DNA of 64,000 nt from Candidatus Bathyarchaeota archaeon (GCA_963780185.1 CAWABA010000006.1:128001-192000), one strand, 5' to 3'; numbered from the stretch's first letter, positions 50,088-63,805 are shown. The notes: a model not told the origin generated them from the letters alone. Translations and numbers: made by a program.

Positions 50088-53000
50088 ATGAGAAGTTAAG
50101 TCTTCTAAGATTTTAGGTTTAATTATTATCTCACTTTTTGTTTTATCCACAGCGAATGCAGTATGGGGTGCTGGAGTAAACATCAACTACGCTGCAAACA
50201 ACCCAACCAATAGGCGTGGCTTACGATTGGGGTATGGGCGAAGTATTCGTAACTAACTATGCGATCCGACTCCGTTTCAGTAATATCCGACGCCACCAAC
50301 ATCATAGTTGCAACCGTTAACGTAGGATACCAACCCATACTGTTTAGCATATGACTCCGCTAAAGGAGAAATATTCGTAACCAATCCAGGTTTTTCCACA
50401 GTTTCAGTAATATCCGACAGTAACAACTCCGTGGTTGCAACCATTAACGTAGGATCCTACCCCGAAGGTATAGCTTATGATTCCTCCAAAGGAGAGATAT
50501 TTGTTGCTAACGAAGGAGCCAAACACAGTTTCGGTTATTTCAGACATCAACAACACCGTGATTGCAACCGTACAGGTGTAGGATCGCAACCATACGGCGT
50601 AGCATATGATTCCAGTCAAAAACGAGGTATTCGTAGCAAACTCTAACTCAACACAGTTTCGATTATAGCGGATTCAAACAACACCGTGATTGCGACTGTA
50701 AACGTTGGACCTCAACCAAGCGGAGTAGCCTATGACTCTGCCAAAGGCGAAATATTTGTCACCGATTACGGAAACAACACTGTTTCAATTATTTCGGATA
50801 GCACAAATGCTCGTAGTTGCAAATGTGCCTGTTGGGACTCTCCGTATGGGGTGGCTTATGATTCTGGCAAAGGCGAGATTTTGTAACCAATCAGGGTTCC
50901 GAATTCAGTGTCATTGATTTCAGACAGCACCAACTTGGTACTTGCGAATTGACTGTAGGATACCAGCCCTACGGATTAGCCTACGATTCCAGCAGAGGCG
51001 AAGTGTACGTCGCCAACTATGGGGCAAACTCTATCTCAATATTATCTGATAGTCAGCAACTCGGGAGTAGCAACCGTGGCTACACAGAATCCCCTTGGCG
51101 TAGCATATGATTTTGCAATGGGCGAAATCTTCGTGGCTAACCGGGCAACCAACTTCGTCTCAATCCTGTCAGACACCACTGACGCGTTCAGTCACAACCC
51201 AGTCGCAACCGTGACGGTGGGTTTTGACCCGTACGGAGTAGTTTACGATTCAGGCAAAGGCGAAATCTTCGTTTCCAACTATGGAAACAGGACGGTTTCA
51301 GTCATCCCAGACGGAAGCAACACAGCAACCGTAAGCATACACGTAGGAAGCAACCCAGCAGGCCTTGCTTACGATTCCGCAAAGGGTGAGATATTTGTGG
51401 CAAACTACGGATCTAACTCGGTTTCAGTCATATCGGACAGCACCAACACAGTCGTCGCAACCGTGACTGTAGGAACCAACCCCGAGGGCTTAGCTTACGA
51501 TTCTGCGAAAGGCGAAGTTTTCGTAACAAATTACGGAGTCGGGTTCGGTTTCAGTCATATCTGACACCAGCAACACGTGGTCGCAACCGTAAACGTGGGA
51601 ACCAACCCGGCAGGCGCAGCTTACGATTCCGCGAAAGGCGAAGTATTTGTTGCTAACTTCGGCTCTGGCACGGTTTCAATCATCTCCGACAGCACAAACG
51701 TTGTTGTTGGAAGCGTGACAGTGGGAACGCAGCCTGACGCAGTGGCCTACGATAACTCCGTTAACGAGGTGTTCGTGACAGATTACGGGTCAAATGCAGT
51801 CTCAGTAATATCTGACGTAACAAGCGCGGTCGTGGCAACAGTCTCGGTGCAAAGCAACCCTGCGGGCGCTGCCTATGATTCGGGCAGAGGAGAAATATTC
51901 GTAAGCAACTATGGATCCGGCTCAGTTTCGGCACATATCGGATAGCACGAACACCGTTAACGTGGGAAGTTACCCGCAGGACTTAGCGTTTGACTCCGCG
52001 AAAAATGAAGTTTTTGTTGCAGCGGCTGGCTCCAACGCAGTTTCAGTTATTTCAGAAACCACCAACACAGTGGTGGCAACTATACCCGTAGGGCGTTTCC
52101 CATACGGCGTCGCTTATGATTCTGGCAAAGGAGAAATATTCGTAAGCAACTATGGAGAAACATCCCCTCGGCAACACAGTTTCAGTCATATCCGACACCA
52201 CCAACACCGTGGTTGCAACCGTAACTGTTCAATTGGGTCCGAGCGGTTGTGCGTATGATTCTGGAAAAGGCGAAGTCTTCGTAGCTAACTGGGAAAACAA
52301 TTCTGTTTCAGTCATATCGGACGCCACCAACACCGTTGTCGCAAACGTGACAGTTGGCTACGACCCGTACAGCTTGGTTTACGATCCGACACATGGGCAA
52401 GTCTTCGTAACAAACTACGGTGACAACACGTTGGAGTCATTTCGGATTCCACCAACACCCAAGTTGCAACAATATCCGTCGGGTCACGTCCAACATTCAT
52501 GGCGTATGACTCTGCCAAAGGCGAAATATTAGTGGTAAACCAGGAGTCTGACACGTTTCGGTCATATCGACTGCTACTGACACAGTGGTCGCAACGGTGA
52601 CATTGCCGTCAGGGTCACATCCTGAAGACGTAACCTACGATGCAGCCAAAGGCGAAATATTCGTATCGAACGAATACACCAACTCCGTCTCAGTCATATC
52701 GGACAGCACCAACACCAGTTGTTGGCTCCATCTCTGTAGGTTCACTTGCCTACGGCATAGCCTGTGACCCCGTAAAAAGCGTAGTATTCGTAACCAACGC
52801 CTACTCATACACAGTTTCAATCATATCCGCCTTAGCTGCTCCATCATTGTCTTCTTCTCCGCCTGCAGTCGATCAGGGACAAACCTCAACCCTCACCGCA
52901 ACTATGACTACGGGGGCAGGGACCATACATCTACCAGTGGTTTGAGAAATCCCCTACGGGAAACTACGTCGCCGTCGGCTCCAACTCCGCCACCTTCAAC

Positions 53001-54220
53001 TTCGCAACGACAGGTTCAACTGCGCAGGGCAACTGGGCTTTCATGGTTCAAACAGCCGACAACTCAGGCGCAACAGTGAACTCTACAAGCCTGGTCATCG
53101 GGGTGTATCCCGCAGGCGCCTTGATTCCTCCAACAGTGACTGCTTCAATCGTCAAGTTGGATCAAGGTCAAACGTCAACTTTAACTTCCACGGCGATGAC
53201 TACAGGCGTTTCCCCTTACACGTACCAGTGGTTCAGTAAGGCTCCAAGCGCCTCCGTCTACTCAACGATTGCCTCTGCAACTTCCAGCAGCTACAGTTTC
53301 GCAACCACAACTTCCACAGCTACAGGCGTCTGGAGCTTCCTGCTTCAAGTGTCAGATTACACAAGTACAAAAGTGAACTCAACCGCAGCAACAGTCACAG
53401 TCAACGTCACTCCAACAGTTTCAATAACCCCCGCCGCATACACGATGGATGTTGGCCAAAGCAACATTTTCACTGCTAACCCGTCGGGCGGCTCAACTCC
53501 CTACGTCTCTTACCAGTGGTATGTAGGCGGAATAGCCCAAAGCGGCATGACCGCATCGACCTACCGATATTCAGCCACCACCGCAGGCACACCCGTAATC
53601 ACAGTGACGTTGACCGACAACGCAGGCACAACCTCACCTCAATCGGCAGCCCCAACGGTGACAGTGAATTCTGCTTTAGCTGCTCCAACCGTATCCGCCT
53701 CATCTGCTTCCGTGACTCAGGGTCAAACTTGCAGCCTAACTTCGGCTCCAATCACAACAGGAACATCGCCATACACGTACTTGTGGTTCTGGGAAGCTGC
53801 CGGCGCCTCTTCTTACTCAATGATTAGCGGTGCGACTTCATCGAGCTACAATTTTGTAACCTCATCTTCCACGGGCATTGGCAACTGCAATTTCATCCTT
53901 CAAGTTACAGACAACACCGGAGCAGCCGTAAACTCCACTGAGACGCTAGTCGCCGTCAATGCACCTGCAGCCACCCCTCCACTCCGCCACCAAGCAGCCC
54001 AACACCAACCCCGGTTGTAAGCTCCCCCACTCCAACACCAACCGACCCCTCGTCAAACCATCTGCTAACCCCATCGCCGACACCTAAAGTAACTGCTTCT
54101 CCATCACCGACTCCAACCACACCCGAATTTGGTCCTGAAGCAGCCATCATAATCATGCTAGTAATGGTTGTCGTGACATCCAGCGTGATTGCAATCTCCC
54201 AAAGAAAACCGAAGAACTGA
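50088..54220 (+). CDS. large YVTN/YncE beta-propeller repeat surface protein with Ig-like domains and PEF-CTERM-like tail (many indels)
   Basis: About 20 copies of VG..P.GVAYDS.KGEIFV.N..S..VSVISD; YTYQW domains; TPEF-TM-basic end. Confidence 0.85.
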
Positions 54221-54496
54221 CAACAACTCCAGCAACAAGCAATCCAAAGGTTCGCTGCGTCTTACATCTGGCTTGAGGCGCCTTAGGTGGGCTCTTATGC
54301 CAGCAGCGCTGATTTCAGCACCGGGCTTTTCGCACTCAAGATCCTCATCATCCTCACGTCTTCGGGGCCAGAGTCGTCATCGCCCACCCAACTAAAAAAC
54401 TTGCTCAATAACCTTTAAACATTCAGGTAAATCCCCAAGAAAGCTCGCCAAAGTTTAAACGTTCGAAAACGGCAGTAAAAAGCTAAAGTGAGCCAT

Positions 54497-55028
54497 ATGC
54501 CGTTTTGCCGAAAATGTGGACGTTGCCTTCCCCCATCCAGCGAAAACTGTACTGAATGCGGAACCTCAACCACCGGCGCAATAATTAAAGTCAAAAAAGA
54601 CATCTGCCGCCCACACACACAAAGCCCCGCCGAAAACAAAAATCGCCAAGGTTGTTTGCTCCAGAAGCCGAAACTGCCGTTTCAGTTAAACACTGTCATC
54701 TCAACTGAGCCAGCTCCCAAGCCTACCGCTCCAGCCAAAAAAGAGACCTCCCGCTAAACCAACCGCCAAACTAAGCCTGCTGTCGCTGCCGAGGAGCCTA
54801 AACATGAAATCAAACAGAGCAAACTATCCATCGAAGAAGACATCATCACCAACCCCCACGACTACGAAACCCAAACCTTCGATTTTGACCTCAGATGCCG
54901 CACACGACCATTTCTTCCCAGCCGGCAGCACGCTCCCAGTATCAAAAGGAAAAGCATACTGCCCCATATGTGGAGAACAACTAAGAAACAACGAACACGG
55001 AAAACCCCGCAGATACCACGAGTTTTAA
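54497..55028 (+). CDS. zinc-ribbon protein (indels)
   Basis: MPFCRKCG..CTECG; C-terminal YCPICG. Confidence 0.65.
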
Positions 55029-55108
55029 TAAAATTTTGTCAAAATTCAAGTTGGGTTTGCTTAGTGTCAACTGCCATCGTTGAAGGCGGTTTTATTTTGG
55101 AGCTGAGT

Positions 55109-55177
55109 GTATATGGAAAGTGTATATGCATTCCGTATATGCTTTACCCTCTATCGGGTGCCTACGCGCGAACACAA
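55109..55177 (-). repeat. conserved non-coding element copy B (three GTATATG, 13-bp period)
   Basis: GTATATG at 55109, 55122 and 55135. Confidence 0.75.
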
Positions 55178-55282
55178 CAGTCTAGCTGACGATAGTTCGG
55201 CAGTTCATCGAAGGTTTAAGGCTTCAAATGGGGGTAAAAACGCCAAAAAAAGTTAGTCAAGAAAATTGGACTAACCGTCAGT

Positions 55283-56304
55283 ATGACATCTCTTGACGAA
55301 AACGCTTTTACATCAAGATCAACTAAACGCCTTTCGGTGGAACTGGATGGGAAAACAAGTAGTTCTCGGTTTAAAACACCCCCCGAAAGAACAGAAAACA
55401 ACCGCGACTTATCAGCAATAATAAAATCCCTCGAAGCAAACTGCAGAGGCTGCTCCCCGATTTCTCCGCTACAATGCATAGACCGATGCCAAACCTACAA
55501 GCTGAAAAACGAGCTGCGGACGCTGCGGAAAGCGTTGGCTAATCCCAGCTACCTAAAAGAGCTTTTCAACGTACTGAAGAATGAGACGCGGCTCCTTATC
55601 CTTCAAACCATCGCAAACGGCAGGTTCAATGTGGGTCAGCTTCAGCAGAAACTCAAAGAGGCAGGTCAAAGCCACAGCCAAAGCACGATCTGCGACGAAT
55701 ACATGCATCCTCTAATGGCCGTCGGCTTAGCCGCCCAAGTGGGAGAAGAATACTATGCCACCGCTTTTGGTCTCCGTTTGATGCAGGTGACTCGCGGACT
55801 TTCGAGAGTTCGCTCCAAAAGCTGCCTGCCCGATCAGAATGCTACGAAGAAACTCTTTTGCAAGCGTTGCTTACTGGACCAAAAACCTTCAAGGACATCG
55901 AGCCGATTGTTCTACAAAAAAACGTTTCACGCGTACTCAAACGCTTATGCTAAGCCAAATTGATTGACACGCCGAAAGAGAGAGACTACATTTTCTTCTT
56001 CAGATCAAAACGCGACCCTAAAAAAGAAAGCTTCACGCAAACCGAGAAGAAAATCTACGAAGCCATCGCCGACGGAGGAATCAGCGCAGGATGCCTCGCT
56101 AAAGACACAGGGTTTCTCAACCAGAATAATCTACAAGTATCTGCGGGGTTTGAAGGGCAAAAAACTGGTTTTCAGCAGAAGAACATTGAAGGCTTACCGT
56201 TTAACTGGCGTTGGCGAAAGACTTGCTTCGTCGATGAGCTTGTTCAGCAAATAGTTGAAGACGCATGGAACTCAACTGAGCTAGTCTGCAAGATACCTGC
56301 GTAG
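55283..56304 (+). CDS. multi-winged-HTH protein with N-terminal Cys motif (indels)
   Basis: CRGCSPISPLQCIDRC; NETRLLIL, YYATAFG and YRLTGVG wHTH wings. Confidence 0.7.
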
Positions 56305-56317
56305 TTAGAGGTCAGGT

Positions 56318-56889
56318 TCAAACCCTGACGCTTATTTCCATACCGTCGTCGCCTACCTGCACGTAGCGGCTTCCGTATTTGCCCGATTTCCTAACGTAAT
56401 CCAAGTAGTCGCTCATTTGCTCAGCGAAGATTCCAGCGTTATCCGCCACAACAACCGTTCCCTCATGAAACTTGTCTTCGGCAAGCTTGAGGTACTGCAA
56501 GTACTCGCTTTTCTCTGCGTCGATAAAGGCAAAGTCAAAAGGCCCATCCAAAGTGGGAATAACCATCCACGCGTCGCCCATTATAATCGTAATTTTAGGC
56601 TCCAAATTTGCCTCAACAACATTTGCTCCAGCCTTTTCAGCCTCTTCCCGGTGGATTTCAATCGAAACTATCTCGGCGTCTGCGTCAAGTTCTTTGCCCA
56701 TGAGGATTGCCGAGTATCCGATTAGGGTGCCGACTTCCAGAACATGCTGCGGCTTAGCTTTCCGAACTTCGGCAGCCAAGATTTTGCCTTTGCGTCGCCC
56801 CACAATCGGCAGAAAATCCCGCAATGACGACTCTTCTATTTGCCATAAGACTTCGTCGGCGTTGCTTTGTTTGATTTCGTTTCCGTCAT
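56318..56889 (-). CDS. class I SAM-dependent O-methyltransferase
   Basis: LEVGTLIGYS, FDFAFIDAEK and VADN motifs. Confidence 0.9.
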
Positions 56890-57449
56890 AGGGGCGCCTT
56901 GATTTTGTCGATGAAATGGTGTTGCAGCTTCGCGATTTTGGGTGCGATGACAACTTGGCAGTATGGTTCTTTGGGGTGCTTCTTGTAGTAGTCTTTATGG
57001 TAGGTTTCAGCTTTGTAGAACACTTTGAGCGGCTCCACGGCGGTGACTATCGGCTTGTCCCAGATGCCTTCTTTGGTGAGTTCATCGATAAGTTTCTCCG
57101 CCTCAGCCTTCTGTATTTCGTTGTGGTAGAAGATGGCTGACCTGTACTGTGTGCCAACGTCGGCGCCTTGCCTGTTAAGCGAGGTGGGGTCGTGGATTGT
57201 GAAGAAAATCTCCAGAATTTCGCGGTAACTTATGACTTTGGGGTCGAAGAATATCTGGGCGGCTTCCGCATGCCCCGTGGTAGCCAGAAGAAACCTCCTC
57301 ATAAGTCGGGTTAGCCACCGAGCCGCCTGTGTAGCCAGGCTCAATCCGCTCCACACCCCTAATAATACTGTACGCCGCTTCCGTGCACCAAAAACAGCCC
57401 GCGGCAAGCGTCGCAACCTCCAAACTGTTTTCTCGTCAGATTGACTCAT
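56886..57449 (-). CDS. msrA: peptide methionine sulfoxide reductase A (indels)
   Basis: [20 protein letters not shown] and DVGTQYRS motifs. Confidence 0.93.
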   Translation of the reverse strand: MSQSDEKTVWRLRRLPRAVFGARKRRTVLLGVWSGLSLATQAARWLTRLMRRFLLATTGHAEAAQIFFDPKVISYREILEIFFTIHDPTSLNRQGADVGTQYRSAIFYHNEIQKAEAEKLIDELTKEGIWDKPIVTAVEPLKVFYKAETYHKDYYKKHPKEPYCQVVIAPKIAKLQHHFIDKIKAPL

Positions 57450-57792
57450 TTATTTATCCTTCCAAAAAGCTCCAGTATATTTCAGTGCTAAGGAAGCTTT
57501 GAACTTAACGGTTTGTGGCTGTCAACAAACAACAACCTATTTTGCGAATTTACTTTTTCCACCAATAGTGGATAGCTCTATATGATTCCTGTTTTTCAAT
57601 CAGGAAATTTTGACTAATCTTCTCAAGAAACTCCAAGAATTGATTGTTGTTTTTGGTAAGGGTTAATGTTTGAAACGTTCAACTGAAAGATCGCAATATC
57701 CAACTATAGAGTTTTGCTCATTTTTTCCATTAATCCTTATATGGTTAACTTGATTGATGACTAAGCAATCGAGAAAGGAGAGAATTAACGAA

Positions 57793-58274
57793 ATGAGAAA
57801 AATCGTTTCAGTATCAATAGCCATGCCTAGTTATCTGCAGTTGCCTTGCTCCTCTGGCTTTCGCAAAAACAGAACACCTATATACTGCTTGATCACAGCC
57901 CATCTGGCGCCGCAGTTCCTTCGGGAAATGTACAAATGACCGCCATAACTTCGGATCCTCAAGTAAACACAGTTATATTCTATTGGGATGGCCCAGGCGG
58001 AATTTCATTCACTGACACAGTAACCTCATCGACTGGCACTTTCACCTCAACCCATCCAGCAACTGATTCAGGTCAATGGTACGTAACAGCAGACTTCGGA
58101 TATTTCTCTAGCGGAATTTGGAAGAGCAAGAGTAATGTGGACGACCAATTCACCGTTAACACTTTTGTGCTTCCCGAATCTTCATTGGGAACCGCGATGG
58201 CTATAGTTGCCCCTCTACTTGCAGTGGCTCTTTTGTTTGTTGTGAAACGCAAGAGTCAATCCGCGATTAGATAG
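57793..58274 (+). CDS. small surface protein with VLPE-CTERM tail
   Basis: Ig-like core; FVLPES-TM-KRK. Confidence 0.65.
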
Positions 58275-58527
58275 GGGATTCAACTCTTTTTTTGTTTTCT
58301 AAACGATACTCATCGGAGATTTTTTGTTAGTTGTGAAAGCTGCACTGTAAATCCTTGGATTGACTCGTCAGATACATTTGCCAATAATCAATTGAAAAGT
58401 CTCACGACAACAAACATGTCTTTCCTCAAAAATGACGAATAGAATGGTTATTTTGATACCAATTTATTGAAAAATTTATTAGCAACCGCTTGCTTACCCG
58501 CCCTTCAATATTGAGGGGAGGAGTAAA

Positions 58528-61500
58528 ATGAAGCGTATTTCACTAGTTATACTACTATTATTCATAACCGTTGTTTCATTGGGGTTAATTGCAACGTCAA
58601 AAGCGGATACCCCGAATCTGCCAGTTGGACCGGTAACCTTGACTGTTTTGACACACAATGCAAACGACCCATGTTATACCACCTTCTCGTTAAGCGGCAT
58701 ACCCTCCGGGTTCCCGATATCTGACGGCGTTTTCTATGGCTGGTGCGGAGACAATGCATATCCCTATGAGAGCGCAACAATTTACATGTACCCCAGCCTT
58801 TCTTCTTCGCTGCCTGCCTAGCTTAGCGCAAGTAAACTGGAATGAAGTCAACTACATTCTGAACCATAAGTTAGGCACATCCACTGATGTGCAGTATGCA
58901 CTATGGAATATCATAGACGGCTTTCAGCCATCCCATCATTTGTATCCGAACGCTTGGACAATGATAAACAATGCAAACGCCAACCCTAACTATTCGCCCC
59001 CCCTCGGAGGCGTTATGGCAGTTGTATGCGCCAGCCAAGACTGGAACAGCATCACAACTCCACCTGATACTGCATCACAACCTTTGCTGATTACACTTGA
59101 AGAAAAGGTAACTTCAACCACGGTTACGACTTTGTCGAGTTCAACGATTACTCTTGGACAATCAGTCGAAGATACCGCGACTGTAACTGTCGGCGCCACT
59201 GGGCAAGTGCAGTTCGAAGTCTCCACAGACGGAAATATCTTCAGCCAGTACGGCGGCGTCAAAACTCTCTCAGGCGGCAACCCAAACACCGCAGTTTCCG
59301 ACAGTTACATTCCTTCAGCGCCAGGAACCTACTATTTCCGAGCTGAATACCTTGGCGACTCCAACTACTACAACTCTCAAAGCGCAAACAACGAGGAACC
59401 CCTCACCGTAAACCAAGCAACCCCAAGCATAGCGACCACCACGAGTACCCCAACACTGACTTTAGGTCAAAGCATCCATGACACCGCAACCGTTGTAGGC
59501 GTGTCTGGTTTCGTTGATCCAAGCGGCTCGGTTACCTTCTGGGTTTCAACTGATGGATTAACATGGAGTCAGGTTGGTGGATCTGTCAGGCTTAACCGCG
59601 GGCGTTGCGACTTCTGCTGATTTCACACCCACCGCAGCGGGAACAATACTATTTCCAAGCGCAATACTCCGGCGACAGCAACTACCTCTCGGTTGCCAGT
59701 GACGCAGCCAGCGAACCCTTCAGCGTGGGGCAAGCAACAGCGACCGCCTACACTTCCTTATCCACTCAACTTTAACCCTGGGCGAATCCGTGACAGACTC
59801 CGTAACCGTTACGGGTTTAGGCGGCAACTACCCGTTCCATCTGGCACAGTTATTTTCCAAGCCTCAACCGACAACGGGGCAACATGGGTCAACTTCGGTT
59901 CAACCAAAACCTACTTCCAAGCACGGTATTCAGGCGACGGCAACTACGTCGCAGTAAGCAGCGGCGTCACCGATGAGCCCTTCACAGTCAACCAAGCCTC
60001 ATCAAGCGTTTCAACCCAGCTGTCCACATCCACGTTAACTCTGGGCGGATCCGTAACTGATTCAGCCGCAGTCACGGGGACTAGGCACTGGTTTTCCAGT
60101 CCTCATAGGTGCGGTCCAGTTCCAGTTCTCAACTGATAATTGTGCAACTTGGGCAAATTTGGGCGGCGCCGAGGTTCTGACAGCGGGCTACGTCGTCTCT
60201 GACGGCTACACTCCATCCTGTGTCGGCACTGTTTACTTCAGAGCAATCTATTTGGGTGACAGTAACTACCTTGGCTCTCAAAGTGGCAACACAGCCGAAC
60301 CGTTAACCACAAGTCCCGCAACGCCAACAATTGTAACCTCTCTAAGCTCTTCAACGCTAAGTCTTGGGTCAAAGCGTCTATGACACAGCCACGGTAACAG
60401 GGTTGCCTGACTTCGTAGCTCCATCTGGATCAGTAACCTTCTGGGTTTCCACTGACAACGTCAACTGGATCCAAGTTGGCGGTTCCGTCAATTTGAACGG
60501 CGACGTCGCGGTCTCGACAAACTTTGTCCCAACCTCGGCGGGTCTGTATTACTTCCAAGCCAGATTTTCAGGTGACGGCAACTATTTGGCGGTTACCAGC
60601 GGAGCCACAGATGAGCCCTTCATGGTTAACCCGGCAGCATCAAGCATTTTCACCGTGCTGTCAGCATCAACTGTGACTCTTGGCGGATCGGTAACTGATT
60701 CAGTCACAGTTTCTGGCTTAGGCAACGGATTTCCTGCCCCCACAGGCACCGTTCTTTTCCAAGTATCAACTGACAACGGCGCTTCATGGAATTACTTTGG
60801 CCAAAGCAAGACGCTAACAAACGGCTACGCTGTTTCAGACAGCTACGTTCCTGCATCTGCTGGAACATTCTATTTCAGGGCAAGCTATCTCGGCGACAGT
60901 AACTATCTCGGATCGCAAAGCGACAACGCCGCAGAGCCCTTAACAGTTAACCTCGCCTCCCCAAGCATATCGACCACCCTCAGCGTTTCCACCCTTACTT
61001 TGGGCCAAAGCCTACATGATACCGCAACAGTAACGGGGTCATCTGGCTTCATAGCCCCAAGCGGGTCAGTGACGTTTTGGGTTTCGACTGATGGAAAAAG
61101 TTGGAGTCAACTCGGCTCCGCTGTCAGCTTAAACGGCGGTTCAGCTAACTCGCCCGATTTCATTCCCACGTTGACTGGCTCATATTATTTCCAGGCACAA
61201 TACTCGGGTGACAGCAACTACGTCTCTGTTAGCAGCGGCTCAACAAGTGAACCTTTCTCTGTCATTAAAGCTGTGTCAGGCGTTTCAACCCAGCTATCCG
61301 TATCCACCTTAACCTTAGGCGGATCACTTACGGACTCTGTGGTCGTCACAGGAGTAGGCAGCGGCTTCCCAACTCCACAAGGAACAGTTCAGTTCCAAGT
61401 TTCAACTGACAACGGCGTCACATGGAACAGCTTCGGCGTAACCAAAACTCTCTCAGGTGGTTTAGCAGTCTCAGACAGTTACAAGCCCACAGCTACAGGA

Positions 61501-63805
61501 ACATACTATTTCCGAGCCATCTACACAGGAGACTCCAACTATCTATCATCCCAAAGCGGAAACACCGCAGAACCATTAGCCGTCCAAGCTGTACCTTCAT
61601 CCACGACAACAATTCTCTCATGCAGCACCATAACTCTCGGCGGCTCGGTCACTGACAAAGCATATGTTTCCAATGGCGCCACAGGTCATAGTCATCTTCC
61701 AGGTTTCAACCAACGCTGTAACCTTCGTTCAGTACGGCGCCACAAAGACCCTCTCCGCCGGCTCAGCAACCTCAGACAGCTACACACCAACCACAACGGG
61801 CACATACTACTTCCGAGCAGTCTACGTCGGCGACAACTCCCATCCGGGGTCGCAAAGCAGCAACACAGCAGAACAGTTGACCGTGAATCCGGCAACTCCA
61901 ACCATCAAAACAACCCTGAGCGCTTGCACTCTTACGCTGGGACAAAGCATTTATGACACCGTATCCGTCACGGGATTATCTGGCTTCAGTTCTCCAACGG
62001 GTTCGGTGACCTTCTGGGTGTCAACCGACACACACAGCTGGAGTCAAGTTGGCGGCTCAGTTGGCTTAGCCAGCGGCTTAGCGGTCTCCTCAAGCTTCAC
62101 TCCGGTTTCAGCGGGCTCATACTACTTCCAAGCCCGATACTCAGGCGACAATAACTACGTGTCAGCAAGCAGCTGCGCCACCAGCGAACCCTTCTGCGTC
62201 AACAAAGGCTCATCTTGCGTTTCAACTTCACTGTCCTCATCCTCTATAACTTTAGGCGCCTCAGTCACCGACTCAGTCACCGTCAAAGGCTTAGGCACAA
62301 ATTTCCCCGCTCCGACGGGCACGGTGCAGTTCCAAGTTTCATCCAACAGCGGTGCAACATGGAGCAATTTTGGTTCAAGCAAAACTCTCTCCGCTGGCTC
62401 TGCGGTTTCTGACAGCTACACGCCTTGCAGCGCAGGAACCTTCTACTTCCGTGCAGTGTACCTGGGTGACTCAAATTACCTTGGATCTCAAAGCGGCAAC
62501 TGCAACGAACCATTGACTGTAATACAGAAGAAGTGTTCCTGCACAACCACTTGCCTGTCCTCTGACAAGATTACCGTCGGGTGCTCTGTCACAGACACCG
62601 CATACGTAACCTGCGGCGCCACGGGCAACGTGGTGTTCCAAGTATCCACAGACGGCGTCAACTTCGTTCAGTACGGTTCAGTCAAAACCCTTTGCGGAGG
62701 CAAAGCTGTCTCCGACAGCTATACGCCGACTTCAGCAGGCACCTATTACTTCCGAGCCGTATACCAGGGCGACAGCAACTACTTGGGTTCACAAAGCGGC
62801 AACTGTAACGAGCAATTAACTGTCCAGAAGAAGTGCTCATGCACCACGACCTGCCTCTCCTCTGACTCAATCACTCTTGGCAACTCAGTAACTGACACGG
62901 CGTACGTTACCTCCGGGGCGACAGGTCAAGTTATGTTTGAAGTTTCCACTGACGGCTGCAGCTTCGTACAGTACGGCTCGCTTAAGACCCTCAGCGGCGG
63001 CACAGTGGTTTCCGACAGTTACACACCCAGCGCGGCAGGCACCTACTATTTCAAAGCTGTTTACCTGGGTGACAACAGTTATCTTGGATCCCAGAGCGGC
63101 AGCTGCAACGAACAACTAACCGTCATACAAAAGAAGTCTTCATGCACAACCACCTGTCTATCCTGCGATTCGATAACTTTAGGATGCTCAGTTACAGACA
63201 CAGCTCACGTTACATGCGGAGCAACGGGTCAGGTAATTTTTGAGGTTTCAACCGACGGCGTCACCTTTGTCCAGTACGGTTCAATAAAGACTCTGAACTG
63301 CAGCTCAGCCACCTCCGACCCCTACACCCCAGCCTCCACAGGCACCTACTATTTCCGCGCAGTGTATCTTGGCGACTGCAACTACCTTGGATCCCAAAGC
63401 GGGAACTGCAATGAACAACTGACCGTGCAAAACAACTATTCAGGATTAACACCTGGATTCTGGAAGAATCACACCTGCCTCTGGCAAGGCAATAAACCGA
63501 CGGATTCCTTCAACGCTGTCTTCGGCGTCTGTATAAAGATAGGTTGCGATAGCAATCCAACATTGTTGACTGCGCTTCAGTCAGGAGGAGGCGGAGTAAC
63601 TGCCTTAGCTCGGCAAGCTGTTGCAGCGCTTCTGAACTCGGAACACCAATACATCAACTACCCCCTGACTAAAACCCAAATCATAAACCTCGTGCAAAAC
63701 GCCATAAAAGGCGGCAACTGCGCAACCATATCAGCACTGGCAAACCAACTTGAAGCCTACAACAGCCTGGAAGGCGGTATTGACGCCCACGGGAACCCCA
63801 TTTAA
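58528..63805 (+). CDS. giant secreted repeat protein: putative thioester domain, ~14 Ig-like repeats, C-terminal TPGFWKNH domain (indels)
   Basis: GWC, VQYALW and QPLL motifs; repeats D.A.V...TG.V.F.VSTD...GTYYF.A.Y.GDSNY. Confidence 0.8.

Noticed and set aside
50200-52830. CRISPR-like periodic repeats
   Set aside because: The ~126-nt periodicity encodes YVTN beta-propeller blades; there are no identical repeats with unique spacers and no cas genes
11861-63805. Widespread frameshifts (rpl12, msrA, M50 protease, VOC, surface proteins) read as pseudogenisation or programmed frameshifting
   Set aside because: They also hit an essential gene and are single-base indels, often at homopolymers, which is typical of unpolished long-read consensus
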